From: Vicugna vicugna
Taxonomy: Eukaryota
Reading direction: 5' to 3'
NCBI GenBank assembly: GCA_013265495.1
Contig: MU058244.1
Span: forward strand, 312,001-345,131
DNA: 33,131 nucleotides
The translations under genes and the position numbers were made by a program. Shown one piece after another: positions 1 through 10,992 of the stretch. The notes under the pieces were generated by a model. The model made no database searches, was not told where the DNA came from, and was given only the letters and a program-made list of their open reading frames with translations. The first letter of the stretch is position 1. Each line of letters begins with the position of its first letter.

Positions 1-3000
1 GGCTGGTCCCACACGCTCCAGGCGCCTCTCCTAGCCGGGCTGCCAGCCTCGCTCATGGTGTGGGGGCCCCACAGACGGGCCTTTCTCCCCAGCCTGTGGT
101 TTGGTTTTAGGTTGTTCTCAGTGACAGGCACCTGCCTTGATCAGAACACTTAAGAGCTGGACAGACACTGGCTGAGGAACAGCCATTTCAAGCAGTGAGA
201 CGGGCAGTGGAGATGACGGACGCCTGGCTTCCCAATACCCTGGCCCTCGTTTGCCCTCCTGGGCACGGCCAGAGCAGGGGTGCCTGAGAGTGTGATCATG
301 TGTGTGTGTGTGGGGTCCCTCTGCACATCTGCAGGGGGACAGGAGGGTGTCCTCATGCTTCACCCCCCACGACCCCACCAGAAAGTCATCCAGGAAGCAA
401 GGGCTAAAGGGTGTCTTTGAAGCTGACCCTGGGCCCCAGGCTGTATCATGCAAATCCCTTCTGAGAACAGATGAGCATGAGTGGTTCACCAGGCTCGGCA
501 GAGTGCCCGGGATAGAGGTCTTGCCAAGGATGCGACCGACAGCCTTCCCCCTTCCAGTCCAGACATGTGGCCCAGAGGCTCTGATGGTCACAACTCGGCC
601 TGGTCAGTCAGCTGGGTGCGGGTGGGGGTCATTTGGCACGGTGGGCTCCAGGAAGCCACTGCCCATTGGGTTAACATTTGGCAACTACCAACCCTGCTTA
701 GAAGGCCTCCCCGCCAGGTACCCACATCACTATTCAGTGAATGTGTGACCCCTTGACCCGTGAAATTGTGGCTGGAGTGGGAACAGAGAGGGGTAGGGTC
801 ATCAGAAGCACCGAGGTTTTGCAGAACACGTGTGCAAGGTGTCCTTCAGGCTCCTAGTCTGGGCTACACTGTTGCTGTACATGCAGGGTTCCCCTCCAGT
901 TGAGGGGTCCTCGCTCCTGGACCAGATGCAGCTTTCCTGAGGGAGCCTGGACCCTCACGCTCACAATCAACAAGGCCTCTGCCCTGGCCTGGTCCCCACG
1001 TCCTGGACCCCTACCAAAGGACACCTACTGTCACTTTGTGTCAAGCAGCACAGAGGCCTCACTGTTCCATAAAGAACAAATTTGTTTCTGCTGACTTTCC
1101 AGAAATAGCCAGTGCACGCAAAGACGAGCCTCCCCTTCTCCCAGGCTGACTGCAGGTGGGCGCAGCCTGGCAGCTCCAGATTCTGTGAGCTTCCGAATCC
1201 AGGACTGGGATGTGATTGGTGTCTGGACAGCAGGTTGGCCCTGCGTTCAGCTCTCTGAGCTTCCCTCCCCAGGGGTGGTGCTGGCCTGGTCCACGTGGTT
1301 CTGCGTAGCAGGGGCGGCTTCCTGTCCCTCTCAGGCCCTGCGGGAGGCCTCCACCTGCTCGTTTCAGGGGCATCTACTCTGGGCGGAGCCTGCACGTAGG
1401 CCCTGGGGCCCTGGGGAGCTAGGAGGGTCCCTGCCCTCAGAGAGCACCTCGCTGGATGAAGGGGTCGCATCCACTTCCTAATAGGAGGCCTGGGGTCCCC
1501 TTCCAGGACACTCCCTCCTGGGCTCAGCAGGAAGTGGACCTGCTGAGAACTGGGAAGAGTCTTCCCCCTTTCCCTCAAAGAAGTGGGAGCTCAGAGGGGA
1601 ACTGGGGAGGGGAGGTGACGCCTTCAGGCCACAGACCCCAGGTCCTGCTGGGGAGGAGTGGCCTGGGGGTGAGACTGAGCTCAGGGGAGAGGGCATTCTG
1701 GGGCCCCTAAACTGCAGGGAGTGGCTGTACTGCAGGAGAGGTGGTGTGATGGGGGCTGTGGCTAGTTCTGGGGGTGTCTACACAGAGGCCTCTTGCAGGG
1801 GTCATGGGAGCCTGGAAGGGCCATTTGCCCAGAAGATCTCTGAGGGGCTTTGGTCTTGGCTCCAGCACCCCTCCAGTCGCACCCCAGAGTCACATCCAGA
1901 CCTCTTCTCACTGGAGACAGAGGTTCTTGTGTGGGATCCGGTGAGCTGGCCAGATCCAGGCCCTGTGGCCTCTGCTGGGCCAGTCCTCACATGGAGGTGC
2001 CTCGTCTACCCAAGGAGACGCCCCTTCCTTCACTGAGAAGAGATGCAGACCCTTCACTTTCGGGAGACACAGAGACGCTCCCTTGCATCGGAGAGGCCTC
2101 TAATTGCGAGGGTCCTTTCAGACCCAAACTGCTTGGAGAATTACACCCCAGAGCCAGGCCCTTTTCATTTAAAAAGCCCTATTCTATAATTAGAGCTTGA
2201 AAAAGTGGCAGAAAAGTATATAGGAGCTAGTCTGCTTGGAACAGGAGCAGCAATCTTGGAAGAAAGATAAGCCCCCAAAGTTCCGAAAAGGCAGCAAAGC
2301 GCATGCTCTGTGCTCTGTGCTCTGAGGACTGGGTGGCCGCTGTGGCAGTGGGGCTGGGCATGGCTGACCCGAGGGAGGGCCAGGGCCAGGGCCAGGGTCC
2401 TGGGTAGGAGGGGCAGCACTGACTGGGGAGGGGCCCGAGGGCAGACAGGCCCCAACCACAGGGGAAGCCTTCCCACCCAGGGGAGAAGAAGGTCACCCGT
2501 GAGGCCCACAAAGTCACGGGCTCCCCTTTTTCAGACAGTGGGTGTTGAGACAGCAAGGGCGACCCTGGAGCTTGCTGGGCAGGTCCTGGATAAAGAGGCC
2601 GTGGAGGAAGTATCGGGAGATAGTGGGGAGCTGGATGGTCAGGACAGGGAACTGGCCCTCAGTACCGGGACCTGAGGAGGCCACCCCGCTGTCTCCACAC
2701 CCTCTGCTAGCCATCTGCTTCCTGTCCTTGTCCCCTCTCTGGGTCCACCCAGCTGCCTGACCCCTATAAGACAGAGACCTCCGGGGCCCTGCCCAGGGTT
2801 TGGCTACACCCGGAGCCAGGTTGTGACTCGGTTTACCCATTGGCTGAGCAGGAACAGTGGTGGCAGGGGACTGAGGAATGTGGTCTGATCCCAAAAGACA
2901 CATGGCAGTGCCAAGAGTTCTTTATCAGAAACAGTGTAGCTCCAGGCCTGGGCCTAATTTAAAGCCACCAGGAAAGCAGTTCAAAGGAAAACAAGATCAA

Positions 3001-3009
3001 CAATCTTAT

Positions 3010-3189
3010 GTTTTTTTTTTTAAACCACGGACACGGATTTGATCAAGTTCTATGAGGAGTGAACAGTGACAACAAAAAACAAAAAGAAAAGAGAGAAAGA
3101 AGAGAAAGGAGAGAGAGAGAGAGGGAGAGAGACAAAGAAAGAAAGGAAAGAAAGAAAGAGAGAGAGAAAGAAAGGAAGGAAGGAAGAAA

Positions 3190-3261
<72 letters not shown>

Positions 3262-3669
3262 AAAGTAGGTAGGTAGGTAGGAAGGGAGGAAGGAAAGTAG
3301 CCCTTTGTGGGGAAGAACATGCTGGGAAGGCGAGGGCCAGAGCCGCCTCCCTAGAGCATGCTGGGAGACAGACATCAGCACATCTCCACAGACCGCACTT
3401 CCCCAAGCCCCATCCCCTCACCCACCCCCAACCCAGAGACTACAGGAAAGTTTGTCCAAAGATGACTGCGGAGTAGGGTATGCCGTGGTTCTCTGCAGGC
3501 CCCCACACTGGGGAGGGGGTGGTTGAGCCAGCAAGTGGGGACAATAGCCAAGATGAGGAGATGGAGAAACAGAGAGGCAGGAGAGAGACGGGGACCGACG
3601 ACAGAGGCTGGAGGGGCCAGTGTGTTGGTGGAGGACCAGGGGAGAGTGGAGCAGAGGGCCCTGTGGCTG
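3010..3669 (-). pseudogene. NMNAT2: Proximal 3' UTR of the NMNAT2 retrocopy; may continue to the window start
   Basis: Contiguous with the stop codon. It resembles the recalled NMNAT2 3' UTR (..CTCTCCTGCCTCTCTGTTTCTCCATCTCCTC..CTGCAGAGAACCACGGCA..GTCATCTTTGGACA..). No TSD or poly(A) signal closes the insertion here. Confidence 0.65.
3070..3298. repeat. Compound purine microsatellite: (GA)n, (GAAA)n, (GGAA)n, (GTAG)n
   Basis: Directly visible. A long pure (GAAA)n run spans ~3190-3263, followed by GTAG repeats. Confidence 0.97.
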
Positions 3670-4588
3670 CTAGCCCGAGGCATTGATGTACAGCTGGCTC
3701 TTGAGAGTGTAGTCAATGACCAGCTGGGACAGGTAACCCACAACGTGGCTGTCCCCATGCTGCAGGGCCAGCCTGCTCTTGGTTGAGGTGACAACAGACA
3801 TGGGATGATTGATGTCATCCTTCACCAGCATGATGTTGTTTTTGTATTTGCAGAGTATTGAGGAGTGATTCATGATTCGGTCTGTATTGGCTGCGTCCCA
3901 GGGCGCCACAAAGATCCCTAAGCCCCCAACAATTACCTCTGTATCTGCCTCGTTCCAGAGCCCTGGGATGCAGAAGGACTCCAGAAGGTCACTGCCACAC
4001 AGCAGCAAGATCCACAGTTCAATCTCAGATCGCATCACCATGCCCAGGTTGGCATTCTCATCCACAAAGGTGAAGCGCTCCACCGGTGGGCGGACACAGC
4101 AGATCTGGCTCAGGTTTGCCCCACCTTTCCCAAGATCTTGGCTGCAGTGGGCTTGGTGGGCATGTTGCTGTTCTGGTAAATGGGCTGGGAGGTCTCATTC
4201 TGGGGCTGCATGATCACGGGTGTTATGGAGGGTGTGTTGACATTGGAGAGGATGCAGCCAGTACCCGCGTCATGAGGTCCGGATGGTGTTCGAGCACGCT
4301 GCAGGTCATCTGCCAGGTGTCCTGATAGCACTCCTGCAGGTCCACCCTGATCCAATCGGAATTCTGGACGGCCAGCTGACACACGATGAGTCGGTGCCGG
4401 CTCGACACAAGGCCGTGTTTTCCACAGGAGTTGTGGACAGAAGAGACAATCCCGCCAATGATGATAAACCTTCCAGTTTTGTGCAGATAATCCCTGGCTC
4501 TTTCAAACATCTGAGTGTGCCCTTTGGTGATGGGACTGAAGCTGCTGCAGGCGAGTAAGATAACGTGGGTCTTGGTGGTCTCGGTCAT
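3670..4588 (-). pseudogene. NMNAT2: Processed pseudogene (retrocopy) of nicotinamide mononucleotide adenylyltransferase 2, full-length CDS remnant
   Basis: Three consecutive minus-strand frames rebuild NMNAT2: [34 protein letters not shown] (ATG at 4588), [24 protein letters not shown], and (ICCVRPPV)[41 protein letters not shown] (stop 3670-3672). No introns. There are two 1-nt deletions (~4262, ~4114) and one missing codon (MRSEIE vs recalled MRYEEIE). The 919-nt span equals 924-2-3, matching a 307-aa parent. Confidence 0.97.
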
Positions 4589-4790
4589 GGCACGGGTGGG
4601 TCCCTCGCGCTGGTCCAAGGGTGGGCACTTTCTGTGTCTCGATATGTCTGCAGGAGGAGAAAGGACGGCGAGGCTCTGGCGGTGGATGCTGTGTCCCAAC
4701 AGCCTTCCTGAGAAGTAACTTCACTTGATACACTGCCGGCCTTTGTGGCCAGGGGAGGTGGGGGCTTCCTGCGGCCTGGCCAGACACTCC
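4589..4790 (-). pseudogene. NMNAT2: 5' UTR portion of the NMNAT2 retrocopy (upstream limit approximate)
   Basis: The sequence just upstream of the ATG (..GAGCCTCGCCGTCCTTTCTCC..GACACAGAAAGTGCCCACCCTTGGACCAGCG..CCCGTGCCATG) is contiguous with the CDS and resembles the NMNAT2 5' UTR as I recall it. The distal boundary is uncertain. Confidence 0.6.
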
Positions 4791-5500
4791 CTCTCAGAAA
4801 CGTGAACCCACATAGAAATTATGAGGGTGTAACTCTCCCAACCTGTGGTTTGCTCCCCCAGCTCCTCTTATGTTTTACTCTCGATGTGAAAACTGAATTG
4901 CAGCAGGAATGTTCAGAATAGGTCCTGCTCGCTGCTTCAAGTCCCGGCCGTCCAAAGGAGGTAGTGAGACGGTGCTTTCCTGCCCAAGGGTGTTTAGTTA
5001 CGCCATCTCTGCTGGCATCCCTGTCCTAATCCCGACCCTGCTCAGATGTTCTCCTACCAGGCCCCCCAGGCCCATCAGAGAGGGATCTTCTGCCCTGCGG
5101 GACAGGGCCCCCAGCTCTCCTGATGGGGAGCGTCTGGTGGGTCCTCGCCAGAGGAGGGACCTAGAGGACCCTGACCTCCATCGGCTGTACCTGTATGGAC
5201 GAGCACTTGGACTCTACTCGGCCTCACATTGCATAATACTCTCACGCAAGCAATGGGGAAAGCCCAGGGAGAGGGCTGGGCTGGCAGCAGCAGGGAGCCC
5301 GGGACAGAGCTGCCCCTACAACACTACCTCCACCTCTCCAGATGACATGGCAGATGGCGCTTTCCCGGTGGCGAGAGAGGTGCCGCCCACTACCTGGCCT
5401 CTGCTGCCCGTTGCCACCCGGTGGGGATCTGGACACACATCCCAGGGGCTGGGATGAGGGCTAAACTGCTGCCGAAAACCCCATCAGCTTTCTCCAAGCT

Positions 5501-5830
5501 GTATGCATCATGTCCCCTGTTTTCTGTCTTTTCTGATGCTCTGTCATCCTGGGGCCTTGCTGTCCAGGAAGAAACTGCCCCCCAGGGTTAGCTCACCTTA
5601 GAGATGGTAGGTGCTCCCCCGTGGGCCCACCTGCCAAATGCAAACCAGCCAGTGCAGAACCCACGCCCCACCCTCCTCTCAGGGTCATACACCCCCAAGC
5701 CGCTATTTCCCTGCCCGGCGTCACCTAGGCCAGGAAGCAGACAGCTGGAGACCCCTAGAGCCCAGAGCCCACCCAGATTCTTCAATCTGTCCAGCTCTAA
5801 GCCAGCTCCATGACTGACCCTGCCTCTCCC
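5501..5830 (+). mobile_element. Old ERVL-class LTR fragment, MER74-like
   Basis: Collinear with the recalled MER74 consensus: TTTTCTG..GATGCT..TGGGGCCTTGCTG..ACTGCCCC.CCAGGG.TAGC..TAGAGAT..CAAATGCAAACCA.CCA..CAGA.CCCAC.CCCC..CCCAGAGCCC. Confidence 0.7.
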
Positions 5831-7498
5831 ATCCAGGGTGGACAGACAGGTGCTCTGGCACCGCCAGGCTGCAGGCCTCCCAGGCAGCCCACCTGCCAGA
5901 AGACAGATCGTGTCTGTCCAGTTGCCGTTTCGAGGCAGGAAGGTGTGTGATCACTGGGATGTTTTGACCCCTCCTTGTCGGGGATCTGACATGAATTGCT
6001 GGGGTGGTACTGACTGCACAGAACAGCACCAGGGACAACACATGGGTCTTGACTCCTGAGAAGACGAGGCCCAGTGTCCCTTCTGCCCCGGGACCCCTGG
6101 GGTGCCTGGCGTGTTGCTTCCTCCCTGGCCAAGGCAGAACTGGCCAGCCATTTGGGGCAAAAATCATTCTTCAAACAGAAGCAAGCCCTGTTCCTGTTCG
6201 CCTTCCCTCTCACTGACTTAGAATGACGCCTTCCTACACCAGCACAGCGAGCTGTGGTGTTAGGACCTGATGGTCCGCACTGCAAGCATTTGTAACTGAA
6301 TCTGTCAAGTGGTGATGAAGTGATAAAAACACTAGAGATTGCTTCTCTCTAAAATCACATCGGCTTTGCTACAGTAATCTCTGCTCAGAAGACTTGGTGT
6401 AATCATGGTGCAAAGCTCAGACCCCAGCTCGACTTCTAGCACCAACCCGGCGTTTCCAAACATGAACTGAAGCATCACTGCTGTTGACCTTTGTAGAAAA
6501 TATGTGCAAAGTTCCTCCCCAAAATAGCATATTCTGGGCACATGACATTTCAATGATGGAGCCGCCAGCCATCAGCAGTGTGGGGGGTACGAGAGGACCT
6601 GACACCAGAGAGGTCCCTGTGACCTCTTTTCTCATGCCAGTCACCCCAGGGGGCCACCCCTCAGGACTGACTGGCAGAGTCCTGGCTCTGCCCTCCCTCC
6701 ACGGATGCCGGCACAGCCAGCCCCACCCTGTACGCCATGGTTTGTAGAGAGCACAGCACAGGCCCCAGCGGGCAGAAGGAAGCACTGCCAGGATCCCCTT
6801 TGTGCATGAGGGACAGAGGCTTCAGCCCTGCCCTCCTCAGGGCTCTGGGCCTGAAGCTCTCGTGGTCTCTTAGGGCCACGTCTGTGGTCATGCTCCTCCT
6901 TTCTGAACCAGCTTGGATGCTTCTCCCCCTGCATTCCTCCTGGTTCAGTCTGTTGGGCTTGGCAAGAGGCCCACACCCTGGCCCAGAGCAGCTGGTGGGA
7001 GGGTCGTCAGGCCCCTGGACGGTGGGACAGGCAGAGGGTCAGTGTGCACTTGGCGCTTCCTTACAGGGATGTGGCCGTAGGACTCACGCTCCTGTCGGGA
7101 CAGTTCCCAGGAAGGGGTGTGGACACAGGCCAGGGGCCACAGCCAGCCCACAGGCTTGAATCTCCCGTCCCTGCCCCGCCTCTCACTCTGCCTTTGCTGT
7201 TACTTTTCTTTCCTCAAATGCACACCAACTGCAGATCCCCAGCTGAGATGAGAGAAAGTGAATAAAATTAAACTTCCTTTGCTGAGTTCTGATTCATATC
7301 ACAGCTAATTAAATTAAAAGCCTAGGCCAGCAGATGGCTCCTGGCAGAGACTCTGGATGTGTTTCCCTGTGACCTCTCAGCTGGGCAGGGCATTGCTGGC
7401 TACACTCTGCCTGGGCAGCCCCAGATTCCAGCACAGTGTTGGCACCCAAGACACATGTGGATTTACATAGGACTAGGTGGAAGGACCTGGCAGCCTCC

Positions 7499-8103
7499 AG
7501 GGTTAGGGTTAGTGGTTAGGATTAGGGTAAAGATTAGGGGATAGGGTTAGGGTTGGGGCTGGGACTGGGGCTAAGGCTAGGGTTAGGAGTAGGGCTAGCA
7601 TGAGGCCTAGGGTGAGGGCCGGGGTTAGGGTTAGGGCTACGGTTAGTATTAGGGTTAGGGTTCTGGGTAGGATTAGGGTTAGGATTACATTAGGGCTAGG
7701 ATGAGAGCTTGGGTGATGACTAGTTTGAGGGCTATGGCTAGACCTAGGTTTAGGCTTGGTTAAGGGCTCAGGTTATGGCTACAGTTATGGTTAGGGTTAG
7801 TTTGGGTTCGGATTATTGCTTGGGCTAGGTTTAGGGTTAGGGTTAAGGTAGAGCTTGGGTAAGGGCTAGGTTGGGTTAGGGTTAGGGTTACGGCTATGGC
7901 CAATGCTGGTCTTTGGGTTAGTGGTACAGTTAGGGTTAGGGAAGTGTGAGGGCTAGGTTTAGGCCTATGGTTAGGGTTAGGGTTAGTGTTAGGGTTAGGG
8001 TTAGGTAGGGTTCGAGTTCAGGCTAGTGTTAGGGTTAGGGTTAGGGTTAGGGTTAGAGCTATGATGATGGCTAAGATGAGGGCTAGGATAACACCTAGGT
8101 TTA
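7499..8103 (+). repeat. Degenerate interstitial telomeric array, (TTAGGG)n with variant hexamers
   Basis: About 600 bp of TTAGGG mixed with CTAGGG, TTAGGA, TTATGG, CTATGG and TTACGG. Four perfect consecutive TTAGGG units at 8029-8052. Confidence 0.95.
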
Positions 8104-8978
8104 GTGGTGGAAGGAACTGCAGATTTGGTGGAACCAGTAAAAGAATTAGAATCAGAAGTCAAGCCTGAAGATGTGACTGAATCGTTCCAACCTCAAGATA
8201 AAACTTAAATGGATGAGGAATTGCTTTTTAGTGACGAGCAAGTATAGTTGTTTCCTTTATTTTTTTAAAAATAATTTTGCTCATGTTTTTTCCTTTAATG
8301 GAGGTACTGGGGTTGAACCCAGGGCCTTGTGCATTCTAAGCACACACTCCACCACTGAGCTATAACGCCCCCTCCCCCAGAAAGTAGTTTCTTGAGATGG
8401 AATCTACTCCTGGTGAAGATGCTCTGAGGATTGTTGAAATGATGATAAAGGATTCAGAATATTACACAGACTTAGTTGGTAAAGCAGTGGCAGGGTTTGA
8501 GAGGACTGACTGACTCCAACTTTGAAAGAAGTTCTACTGTCGGTAAAATGCTATCACACAGCATTGCACGCTCCAGAGAAATCGTTTGTGAAAGAAAGAG
8601 TCAATCAATGCAGCCAACTTCATTGCTGTCTTATTTTAAGAAACTGCCACACCAACCCCAACCTTCAGTAACCACCCCCTGATCAGTGAGCATCCATCAA
8701 CACTGAGGGAAGACCCTCCACCAGCAAAAAGTTACAACTCGCTGACGGCTCAGATGATGGTTAGCATTTTTCAGCAGTAAATCATTTTTAATTACGGTAT
8801 GGTAGTTTGTCTTTCATAGACATAATGCTATTGCACACTTAATAGACTACAGTACTGTAGAAACAACTTTTATATGCAGAGAAACACCAAGGAATTCATG
8901 TAACTCTTTTTACTGCAACATTCCCTTTACTCCAGTGGTGTGGAACAGAACCCACAATATCTCAGAGGTGTGCCTGTA
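8100..8978 (+). mobile_element. Tigger1 (TcMar-Tigger DNA transposon) 3' fragment, 5'-truncated, interrupted by a SINE
   Basis: Matches the recalled Tigger1 3' end: AACTGCAGAT.TGGTGGAA..GCCTGAAGATGTGACTGAA..TTCTTGAGATGGAATCTACTCCTGGTGAAGATGCT..TTTGAAAGAAGTTCTACTGT. It ends in the TIR AATATCTCAGAGGTGTGCCTG plus TA. ORF 8476-8682 carries a transposase C-terminal remnant (FERSSTVGKML..RKSQSMQPTSLLSYFKK). Confidence 0.93.
8255..8378 (-). mobile_element. tRNA-derived SINE (camelid Vic-1-like) inserted into Tigger1
   Basis: The minus strand reads GGGGAGGGGGCGTTATAGCTCAGTGGTGGAG..GGCCCTGGGTTCAACCCCAGTACCTCC followed by an A-rich tail. Pol III A and B boxes are present, and Tigger1 resumes on both sides. 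Confidence 0.88.
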
Positions 8979-9056
8979 CTTTAGAGAACTGGCTTTGTTG
9001 CCAAAGAGACCCAAAGTGGAATTCAACCAATTCTAATGTGTTCAAGCTTAAACTAC

Positions 9057-9182
9057 TAACTGTAAAAATAATACTGGTAATATCTCTCTCTTAGAGTTAC
9101 TGTGAGAATTATTATGAGAAAATGTTTCTAAACGGCTGGGAGGCTGGGACCTAGTACGGTCATAATCAATGCTAAGTATTAG
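9057..9182. mobile_element. MIR SINE core fragment
   Basis: CTGTAAAAAT..TAATATCT..TTAGAGTTACTGTGAGAATTA..ATGAGAAAATG resembles the MIR core. Heavily diverged. Confidence 0.5.
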
Positions 9183-9258
9183 AAAAGGAGTATAAGCTTT
9201 TTCCAATATTGAAATCCAATCTATAACAGAAACTAAATTTCTTACAAAATCAATTTAC

Positions 9259-9435
9259 TTTCACTGGTCCCATCCTGTGGACATGAAATATTCCTGTTAT
9301 AAAATCTGTCTATTCTAGAACCATGTCTGCTATCTCTCTGTGGTTTAAAATTTTTATCTTCATCTGGCAGATCACTTCCACTGGAACTCTGTGTTATAGC
9401 TGTAATCCCACTGATGCCCTTAGATGCAGTAGGTT
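9259..9435 (-). other. Candidate internal coding exon (177 nt, symmetric phase 1) of an unidentified gene
   Basis: Strong acceptor TTTTCTTTTTCTTTAACAG and donor AAA|GTAAAT. One frame is stop-free: (E)PTASKGISGITAITQSSSGSDLPDEDKNFKPQRDSRHGSRIDRFYNRNISCPQDGTSE. I do not recognise the protein. Confidence 0.5.
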
Positions 9436-9904
9436 CTGTTAAAGAAAAAGAAAATATATAAAAATGGCCAATTGATATGGTTACTTATCAAAACGAGGCT
9501 TTATGCATGTTACTTTTCCAAAGTCACAAATAACACAAAATTGAGATAATAAAAGCAACGTCTTATTTCCAATCTTCTGGACTAAAGGCCTATAAACAAC
9601 CTTGCAAAGATTCTTTGAATTAAAGCCACATGACAAGAAGAAAAAGTAGTAATTAGAACTGATGAAGTTATAAGACAAGGAAAATGACTGGAGCACAAAC
9701 GAAAACTCAAAAAATAACCCTGAAATGATTATAAAGCTATAACTTCGTAGACTATTTGACCAAGCCATAAGGAAAAAAACCCATAAAACAAGCAGCAAAG
9801 CCAATACTTATCTACGATAGGAATGCTTCTGTGTGCTTCCTCTGCCACTTCAGGAGCCGTGACAGCAGCAATTTGTTTAAAACACTTAAGAAAACTTTCT
9901 TATT

Positions 9905-10720
9905 TACTTAAACCTGTTATTTTGAGATAACAGTTGCTTCATATACAGTTGTCAGAAACAGAAGAAGCCCTTGTAAGCCTCACCCAGTTCCTGCAAAGGT
10001 AACATTCTGCAGAACTACAGTACAGCACCACAGCCAGAATGCTGATACCGGTACTGTCAGAGAGAGAGGGAGAGAGAGAGGGAGGGAGGGAGAGGGAGGG
10101 AGAGAGTGAGAGAGGGGGAGAGGTAAAGAACTCCACCACAGAGAGTATATCCCGTGTTGCCTTTTTAAAGCAAAACCCAGCCCCCTCTCCGCCTCATTTC
10201 CGAATCCCTGGCAACCACTAATCAGTTTTGCACTTCTACAACTTTGTCAACTCAAGAATGACATACAAATGTAATCACCTATGTCACCTTTTAGGACTGG
10301 CTTTTTGTGCTCAGCTGAATTCCCTGGACATCCATCAGGTGTGTATCAACAGTTACGTTCTTTTTATTACTTTTTATTATTATTACGTTCTTTTATTACG
10401 GACAGACCGCAGCTTGTTTCACCAGTCACCCCTTGAAGGACATCTGCACTGTTCCCAGTCTGGGGCTACTACAAATGAAGCCGCCATGTACACAGTGCAA
10501 GTGATCTCATGTGAATGTTATTTTTGTTCTCTAGGATAAACGTCCAAGGGTGCAACTGCTAAATTGCATGGTAACTGCATGTTTAGTCTTCAAAGAAACT
10601 GCCAAACTGTTTTCCAGGGTAGCTGTGGCATTTTACAGTCCCACCAGCAATGTATGAGTGATCCAGCTTCTCCACATCATTTGGTGTCGTTACTATTTTT
10701 TATTTTAGCCATTCTGATAG
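9905..10720 (-). mobile_element. Old L1 (L1MC-like) 3' end fragment with an internal (GA)n/(GGGA)n tract at ~10058-10121
   Basis: Typical antisense L1M 3' UTR motifs: TCCCTGGCAACCACTAATC, GAAGGACATCTG..TTCCCAGTCTGGGGCTACTACAAAT, AGAAACTGCCAAACTGTTTTCCAG, CCCACCAGCAATGTATGAG, TTTTAGCCATTCTGATAG. Confidence 0.85.
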
Positions 10721-10992
10721 ACAGGAAACTTAGAAGGAATGGAGTGACTCCACCTTGGTGGAACCAGAAGTCCCAACAGGAAACTTTACTGACACTGATC
10801 AGAAAAGGAAGAGACATCCAATAAAAATCAATTTTTCTACTCATATTGGGTAGATAATTGAGTTATAATGCTAAAACCATAAAAAAACCCAAAACCCTCT
10901 CTTAGCTACATTTCAATATACTATGAGATTCAGAGATTCGACGTTACAACTCAAGTTTTCCAGAAAAGGAAACAGGCTCAGAAGCTAAATGG

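Noticed and set aside
118..2903. Many overlapping 60-200 aa ORFs on both strands
   Set aside because: Expected in GC-rich sequence. The translations are P/G/S/R-rich with no recognisable domain, many lack ATG starts, and the region is probably retrocopied UTR.
3011..3021. T run as the poly(A) tail of the NMNAT2 retrocopy
   Set aside because: There is no upstream AATAAA on the minus strand and I found no matching TSD near the 5' end. Internal priming is not excluded, so it is not called as the end.
3006..3421. FLSF-repeat and KER-repeat ORFs
   Set aside because: They are translations of the (GAAA)n microsatellite.
6785..6812. CCAGGATCCCCTTTGTGCATG resembling the reverse complement of ~16209-16230
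   Set aside because: The match is too short and does not extend, so it cannot support a third copy of the telomere-flank element.
4909..7265. ORFs of 140-182 aa between the retrocopy and the telomeric array
   Set aside because: No recognisable homology, partial overlap with a MER74-like LTR, and no convincing exon structure.
7986..8168. ORF with GL and RV dipeptide repeats
   Set aside because: This is the inevitable translation of TTAGGG repeats, with a non-ATG start and no evidence of expression.
9481..9804. Hydrophobic 107-aa ORF resembling a membrane protein, and a possible exon at ~9589-9485
   Set aside because: The hydrophobicity follows from T-rich intron-like sequence and the start is not ATG. 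An exon ending near 9485 would leave only a ~49-nt intron before the 9435 acceptor.
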